Source: a candidate division WOR-3 bacterium | Lineage (GTDB): Bacteria; Hydrothermota; Tepidihabitantia; B3-TA06 | Direction of reading: 5' to 3' | DNA: 64,000 nucleotides | Assembly: GCA_965649265.1 (NCBI GenBank) | Contig: CBFGKC010000003.1 | Coordinates: 117,641-181,640, forward strand | Shown here: positions 59,371 through 64,000 of the stretch, one piece after another | Layout: the number at the start of each line of letters is the position of its first letter | Position numbering within the stretch: the first letter of the stretch is position 1 | The notes under the pieces: model-generated | What the model was told of the DNA's origin: nothing | Databases searched by the model: none | What the model saw: the letters and a program-made list of their open reading frames with translations, nothing else | Position numbers and translations under genes: made by a program

Positions 59371-59481
59371 CGGGTGTGTTATTTCCTTTGATTCCAAGCT
59401 GCTGATGGAAATGACCTATGAGATGAAAGCTCATCTCAAGGGTCAGACCCTGCCCCGAAGGTGTACGGGTAGTGTTGCGGG
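59371..59481. repeat. Intergenic copy of the repeat element also found inside the kinase-UvrD gene
   Basis: GTGTTATTTCCTTTGA..CAAGCTGCTGATG.AAATG, then an internal TGAGATGA/TCATCTCA hairpin, then CCCCGAAGG.GTACGGGT. Confidence 0.75.
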
Positions 59482-59514
59482 TCCCCCTCCTTGATGGGGT
59501 GTTTTTCTTCTTTA

Positions 59515-59648
59515 GTCATTGCGAGATTTTGTGAAACAAAATCGTGGCAATCCCATAGCACAAAGTCAAGTACACATGGCCCTATCCGGAATGCTTCAGG
59601 AAAGTGCCATGAGATCGCCACGTTCGTCTTCGACTCATTCGCGATGAC
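59515..59648. repeat. REP-like palindromic element of the GTCATTGCGAG...GCAATC / GAGAT.GCCACG...CGC.ATGAC type
   Basis: Left arm 59515-59552 and right arm 59611-59648 are imperfect inverted repeats; a second right arm lies at 60342-60380. Confidence 0.7.
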
Positions 59649-59705
59649 GAACCGTCACTTGACTTCCTTAGTTCATGCAGTTTAATATGTACCGTAAGAG
59701 GAAAG

Positions 59706-60305
59706 ATGCAGAAGATAATAATAGAGATTGCGACGAGAGAATCAGATTCTGTTGTCGAAAACCTAATGGGTGAAAAGAATCCATCCGAAACCAAGATTCT
59801 TGAAATAAATGAAAAGGCAAAACTTCATTATGAAGGTACTAAGATATTACTAAGTGCGGATAACCCAGATATATGCTATTTTCTTCTGGATTTTGTTACA
59901 GATAGTCTTGCTGGTGCAATAATAGCCCTGAGTGCAACATGGTTTTTCAATAAGTTGAATATGCTAGGCAAAAAGATTATTCTTAAGATAAACGGTCGAA
60001 AAACAGCTATGTCTGAGAAGGCAATTTCGGAAGCGATTGAATTGGCTGCATCTGAACCAAGTATTGAAGATCAGATTAAAAGAATTCTATCAGAGATCGA
60101 CCAGTTTGCTGAGACTATTATCCCATTGGCTCAAAAGAGCAGATTAGATACAGAAGAATTCTTCAAAGGCGATCCTTGCACACCCTTGTGGGGGGCTCAC
60201 CAGTTTTACTTAACGATAAAATCATCTGTTGAATCCAAGCTTGAGGAGATTAATCGACTGGCTAATATTTGCAACGGTCCCATAACTATAACGGAACTAA
60301 AATAA
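59706..60305 (+). CDS. AT-rich hypothetical protein
   Basis: 199-aa ORF with RBS and TTGACT-N16-TTTAAT promoter; flanked by REP-like arms. Confidence 0.6.
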   Translation: MQKIIIEIATRESDSVVENLMGEKNPSETKILEINEKAKLHYEGTKILLSADNPDICYFLLDFVTDSLAGAIIALSATWFFNKLNMLGKKIILKINGRKTAMSEKAISEAIELAASEPSIEDQIKRILSEIDQFAETIIPLAQKSRLDTEEFFKGDPCTPLWGAHQFYLTIKSSVESKLEEINRLANICNGPITITELK

Positions 60306-60562
60306 GGAAGTAGTTTCTAAATCCTCACTTATAAAAAACTTGAGATTGCTTCGGTCATCTTCGATGACACTCGCAACGACCATTTCTGCCCCGCCCCCTC
60401 CCCCCTCCACAAAGGGAGGGGGAATCTCTCGTCCCACAAAGTTGCTTCGTATTTCCGTTGGGATTTGGCGGTGTTTCGCTCTCTTTATAGTCAACTTGCT
60501 TGACAATTAACCGAGCGTACTTACAATAAACTCTATGAGAGATATAACATGGAGGTCCCCCA

Positions 60563-61507
60563 ATGGGTAAGTTTACTTTCGTCCCCGTATGGATTATCCA
60601 GGACGTTATCGTTTACGTGCTGGCCGTCGTCACGCTCGTATTCATAATCAAGCGCGAAAAGCACCCGGCGACAACGATCCTCGAATTCATCTCGTTCGTA
60701 TTCCTCAACGCGGCCGTGTTCGAGAACTTCGCCACGCTCCAGGGGCTTTACGGCTACGGCCGGTCGCTCATCATGATATTCAACGTGCCCGCATCGGTCC
60801 CAATAATGGAATACATAGTGGTCTACACCGCGCTGCGGCTGGCTGATTCAATGAAGATTCCCACGTGGACGAAGCCCGTGTTCGTGGGCGTATTCGGCAT
60901 GCTGACGGACTTTTCGCTCGACCCACTCGCGGTCAGCCAGCGGTTCGCGACGCTCGAGGGGACGATAGGCCGCTGGACGTGGTTTCCGGCTGCTGCCGAC
61001 ATCCAGGTCTTCCACATCCCGGTATACAACTTCACGGGCTGGGTGCTCCTCTGCGGCTACGGGGCGGCGATGCTTCTTCTGGGCCGCTGGTGGTTTAAGA
61101 AGTCCGGGTACAAGAACGCGGTCGGCATGGCCTATCCGCCTTTGGCAATGATCGTGGCGCTTGGTATCCTCATGAGCCCTCTCTCGAATTTCCTTCTCTG
61201 GCTCGAACCGATATTCAAATCCCGGGGCGGCTGGTCAGAGATTGTAATGATCTCGGCGTTCGCGCTCGGGTTTATCATCATCCTCACCGCAGCCTGGCGC
61301 GGCCGGATGGCGCGCAAACTCTCCTGGAGCCAGGACTACATCATCCCCGTGGCGTTCACTCTCTTCCACGTATCCAACCTGGCCTTCACCGTCATCGGAG
61401 GATACTGGCACATATTGCCCCTCACGCTGCCGATTGCAGTGGCGCACCTTGCGATTGTTTACCTCATCTACGGGTTGGGAACAAGGCATAAGGTCGAGAA
61501 GGTCTAG
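60563..61507 (+). CDS. Multi-pass membrane protein, CruF/DUF422 carotenoid-biosynthesis-like
   Basis: FEN..G.YGY, NVP, DFSLDPLAV, W.W, IPVYNFTGW. Confidence 0.65.
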   Translation: MGKFTFVPVWIIQDVIVYVLAVVTLVFIIKREKHPATTILEFISFVFLNAAVFENFATLQGLYGYGRSLIMIFNVPASVPIMEYIVVYTALRLADSMKIPTWTKPVFVGVFGMLTDFSLDPLAVSQRFATLEGTIGRWTWFPAAADIQVFHIPVYNFTGWVLLCGYGAAMLLLGRWWFKKSGYKNAVGMAYPPLAMIVALGILMSPLSNFLLWLEPIFKSRGGWSEIVMISAFALGFIIILTAAWRGRMARKLSWSQDYIIPVAFTLFHVSNLAFTVIGGYWHILPLTLPIAVAHLAIVYLIYGLGTRHKVEKV

Positions 61508-61689
61508 CGGGCTTGAGCCCGCACTCCCCGGCTCTAGGATACGCGAGTCTCCGAGAGGATTGGGCGGCGCAAGAATCCCCGGTTCACCCGGCCGGTTCAG
61601 AGTTCCAAAAAGACCCCGCCGGAATCGTAGAGTCGAGCTTCGTTCGACCGAATGGCTATTTATAATTCAAGGTGAGATGAAGAGATTTT

Positions 61690-61740
61690 CTGAGGGAGAC
61701 TGAGGGGGGCTGAGGAAGGCTGAGGAGGGCTGAGGAGGGC
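61690..61740. repeat. Five copies of a 10-11 bp CTGAGGAGGG-type minisatellite
   Basis: ctgagggaga ctgagggggg ctgaggaagg ctgaggaggg ctgaggaggg. Confidence 0.8.
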
Positions 61741-61748
61741 TTTCTTAG

Positions 61749-61776
61749 TTGACAAGCATGACCTCCAGACTATAAT
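61749..61776 (+). promoter_or_regulatory. Consensus sigma70-like promoter of the rnf operon
   Basis: TTGACA-N16-TATAAT; TAAGGAG RBS downstream. Confidence 0.72.
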
Positions 61777-61825
61777 CTGCAAACGTTTGAGCAATCCCGA
61801 GGCTTTTTAATAAGGAGCAGACAGT

Positions 61826-63172
61826 ATGATTACGTTCCGCGGCGGGATACATCCGCCCGAATTTAAACATCTGGCAGAGGAGAAGGCGATTGAAAAGATG
61901 CCGCCTCCACAGAAGGTTGTGCTTCCACTCTCACAGCACACCGGCGCGCCGTCAAAGCCGTGCGTGGCCGTCGGCGATACGGTAAAGGTGGGCACGGTTC
62001 TGGCCGAGGCGGTGGGCATGATTTCGGTTCCATTGCATTCCTCGATAGCGGGAAAGGTCAAGGAGATAGGCCCGTGGCCGCACCCGGTTCTGCCCGTGCC
62101 GGCGACGGCGATCACGATTGAGTCCGACGCGTCAGACGAACTCGACCCTTCCATTAACCCACGGACTGAAGCGGAGATAGAGAAGCTCGGCCCGGACGAG
62201 ATAAGGGAGATTATCCGTAACGCCGGAATCGTCGGCCTCGGCGGCGCCGCTTTCCCCACCTCGGTGAAAATCACCCCGCCCAAGGATGCCAGGATCGATG
62301 CGCTCATCATCAACGGCGCGGAGTGCGAACCGTTCCTTACCGCCGACGACAGGTTGATGAGGGAACACCCGGAAGAAATCATCAAGGGAGCAAAGATTAT
62401 CGCGAAGGTTTTAGGTCTGGACTCGGCGATCATCGCAATCGAGCACAACAAACCTCACGCGACAGAGAAGATGCGCGAGGTCGCATCCTCAGTCTGGCCG
62501 GGCGCGCAGGTCACGACCGTCAAGACGAAGTATCCGCAGGGCGCGGAAAAGCAGCTCATCTCCGCACTTCTGAAACGCAACGTGCCTCGCGGAGGCCTGC
62601 CCTTTATGGTCGGCGTGGTTGTTCAGAACTCGGGCACCGCGTACGCGGTCTGGGAGGCTGTCTCAAAACGCAAGCCCTTGTACGAAAGGGTAGTCACGGT
62701 CACCGGACCCGGAATCGCAGAGCCCAGGAACCTCCTCGTCCGCATAGGGACGCTTGCCGCAGACGTCATCACCCACTGCGGCGGTCTCAACCCGGACGCA
62801 CAGAAATTCATCTCCGGCGGCCCCATGATGGGCATAGCCCAGTCCACCGATCAGATTCCGGTCACGAAGGGCACCTCCGGTCTCCTGTTCCTCAATTCCA
62901 AACACCCGCTGTTCCGCACGGCACCTGAGGCCAACTGCCTGCGGTGCGGCAAGTGCGTAGGGGTATGTCCCATGAAGCTCATGCCCTGCGAGATTGCGCG
63001 AGCGGCCGAGTACGATAAGCTGGAGCAGGCCGAGGAGTGGGGGATACTCGACTGCATGGAGTGCGGTTCGTGCGCGTTCCTGTGCCCTTCCGGGCGCAGG
63101 CTCGTGCAGTGGATCAAGTACGGAAAGACACAGATATTCGCCGAACGCAGCCGTAAAAAGGAGAAGAAGTAA
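61826..63172 (+). CDS. rnfC: Electron transport complex subunit RnfC/RsxC
   Basis: TFRGGIHPP, AGIVGLGGAAFPT, NGAECEP, YPQGAEKQL, two CxxCxxCxxxCP motifs. Confidence 0.96.
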   Translation: MITFRGGIHPPEFKHLAEEKAIEKMPPPQKVVLPLSQHTGAPSKPCVAVGDTVKVGTVLAEAVGMISVPLHSSIAGKVKEIGPWPHPVLPVPATAITIESDASDELDPSINPRTEAEIEKLGPDEIREIIRNAGIVGLGGAAFPTSVKITPPKDARIDALIINGAECEPFLTADDRLMREHPEEIIKGAKIIAKVLGLDSAIIAIEHNKPHATEKMREVASSVWPGAQVTTVKTKYPQGAEKQLISALLKRNVPRGGLPFMVGVVVQNSGTAYAVWEAVSKRKPLYERVVTVTGPGIAEPRNLLVRIGTLAADVITHCGGLNPDAQKFISGGPMMGIAQSTDQIPVTKGTSGLLFLNSKHPLFRTAPEANCLRCGKCVGVCPMKLMPCEIARAAEYDKLEQAEEWGILDCMECGSCAFLCPSGRRLVQWIKYGKTQIFAERSRKKEKK

Positions 63173-64000
63173 TGGCAGAAAACACCTCTCCCGCACCCGT
63201 CACGACCCCTCAAGGCTCGCGCAAGTTCGTAGTGACCCCCTCCCCCCACTTCAAGGCGCCCTTCAACGTCCGCACCATCATGTACCTCGTCATCCTCGCG
63301 CTCATGCCCGCCCTTGTCGGCGCCGTGTACTTCTACGGGTTCTGGTCGCTCTTCCTCGTCCTCATATCAGTCGCGACCGCCGTCGGCTCCGAGTTTCTCA
63401 TGAACCTCGCGTTCAAGCGGCCTCTTGCGGACTGTCTTGACGGCTCGGCCATCATAACCGGCATGCTCCTCGCGTACAACGTTCCGCCGTCCGCCCCCTG
63501 GTGGATGGTTGCGGCGGGTTCGGCGTTCGCCATCATCGTCGCGAAGGCATTCTTCGGCGGGCTCGGCCACAACTTCCTGAACCCCGCGCTCACCGGCCGC
63601 GCGTTCCTGATGGCCTCCTGGCCCACGTTGATGACGTCGGGCTGGCTCATACGCAAAGGTCTCGGAACCGTTTCAGGCGTCCCTGAAAGCATGTGGACGA
63701 GCGTCATTGACGCGGTGAAGTCATCCCCCTCGACGATTCACGGCGTTGACGCGCTCACGGGCGCCACACCGCTCGGTGTTTTGCAGAAATTGAAGATAGC
63801 CACCGATCCCGCGCTCATATCGGGAACCAGGCACGTTCTCAACGATCCGGCGGTCATCAAGAGTCTTTTCTGGGGGAACGTAGGCGGCGTAATCGGCGAG
63901 ACGTCCGTAATCCTCCTCCTCGTGCCCGCGCTGCTGCTCATGGTCATCCGCGTGATTGACTGGCGAATCCCTCTTGCCTACATCGCCACGACCGCGGCAA
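63172..64000 (+). CDS. rnfD: Electron transport complex subunit RnfD/RsxD (runs off the window end)
   Basis: ATG coupled to the rnfC stop; SPH, DGSAIITGMLL, FGGLGHNFLNPALTGR, DALTGATPL, GGVIGETS. Confidence 0.93.
   Translation, partial: MAENTSPAPVTTPQGSRKFVVTPSPHFKAPFNVRTIMYLVILALMPALVGAVYFYGFWSLFLVLISVATAVGSEFLMNLAFKRPLADCLDGSAIITGMLLAYNVPPSAPWWMVAAGSAFAIIVAKAFFGGLGHNFLNPALTGRAFLMASWPTLMTSGWLIRKGLGTVSGVPESMWTSVIDAVKSSPSTIHGVDALTGATPLGVLQKLKIATDPALISGTRHVLNDPAVIKSLFWGNVGGVIGETSVILLLVPALLLMVIRVIDWRIPLAYIATTAA

Noticed and set aside
61807-63249. Minus-strand ORFs over rnfC
   Set aside because: Antisense shadows of a strongly supported gene.

Overview
Bacterial genomic window, probably from an FCB-related anaerobic lineage (inferred from many secreted proteins with Por/T9SS-type C-terminal tails, TonB/ExbBD and Rnf). 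From left to right it holds: (1) an AT-rich Vsr + C5 DNA methyltransferase + GHKL/MORC-ATPase-nuclease defence-type island with an orphan gene; (2) pyrR-pyrB-pyrC and neighbours; (3) a 2915-aa cytoplasmic histidine kinase with about 17 PAS and 3 GAF domains plus a NarL-type regulator; (4) speD-speE; (5) two tandem BNR/T9SS-tail paralogues downstream of exbB-exbD-exbD-tonB; (6) a birA-coaX-tsaE-tsaB-rimI operon that continues into an ARPP-1 (DUF6569-like) gene coupled to a Ser/Thr kinase-UvrD helicase fusion; (7) a Lon-like protease, Usp and ADH; (8) a GIY-YIG gene followed by a 62-63 bp hairpin-rich tandem array; (9) four tandem T9SS-tail paralogues and other surface proteins; (10) a Rieske oxygenase, a CruF-like membrane protein and the start of the rnf operon. 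The most unusual signals are the ARPP-1 / kinase-UvrD module, intergenic repeat elements that also appear as in-frame insertions inside the UvrD and Rieske genes, a conserved TAGATTGGT...ACCAATCTA inverted-repeat leader upstream of both BNR paralogues, and sigma70-like promoters that mostly use a 16-bp spacer and often look leaderless. No rRNA, tRNA or CRISPR array was recognised. All family calls are by visual motif recognition, not database search.
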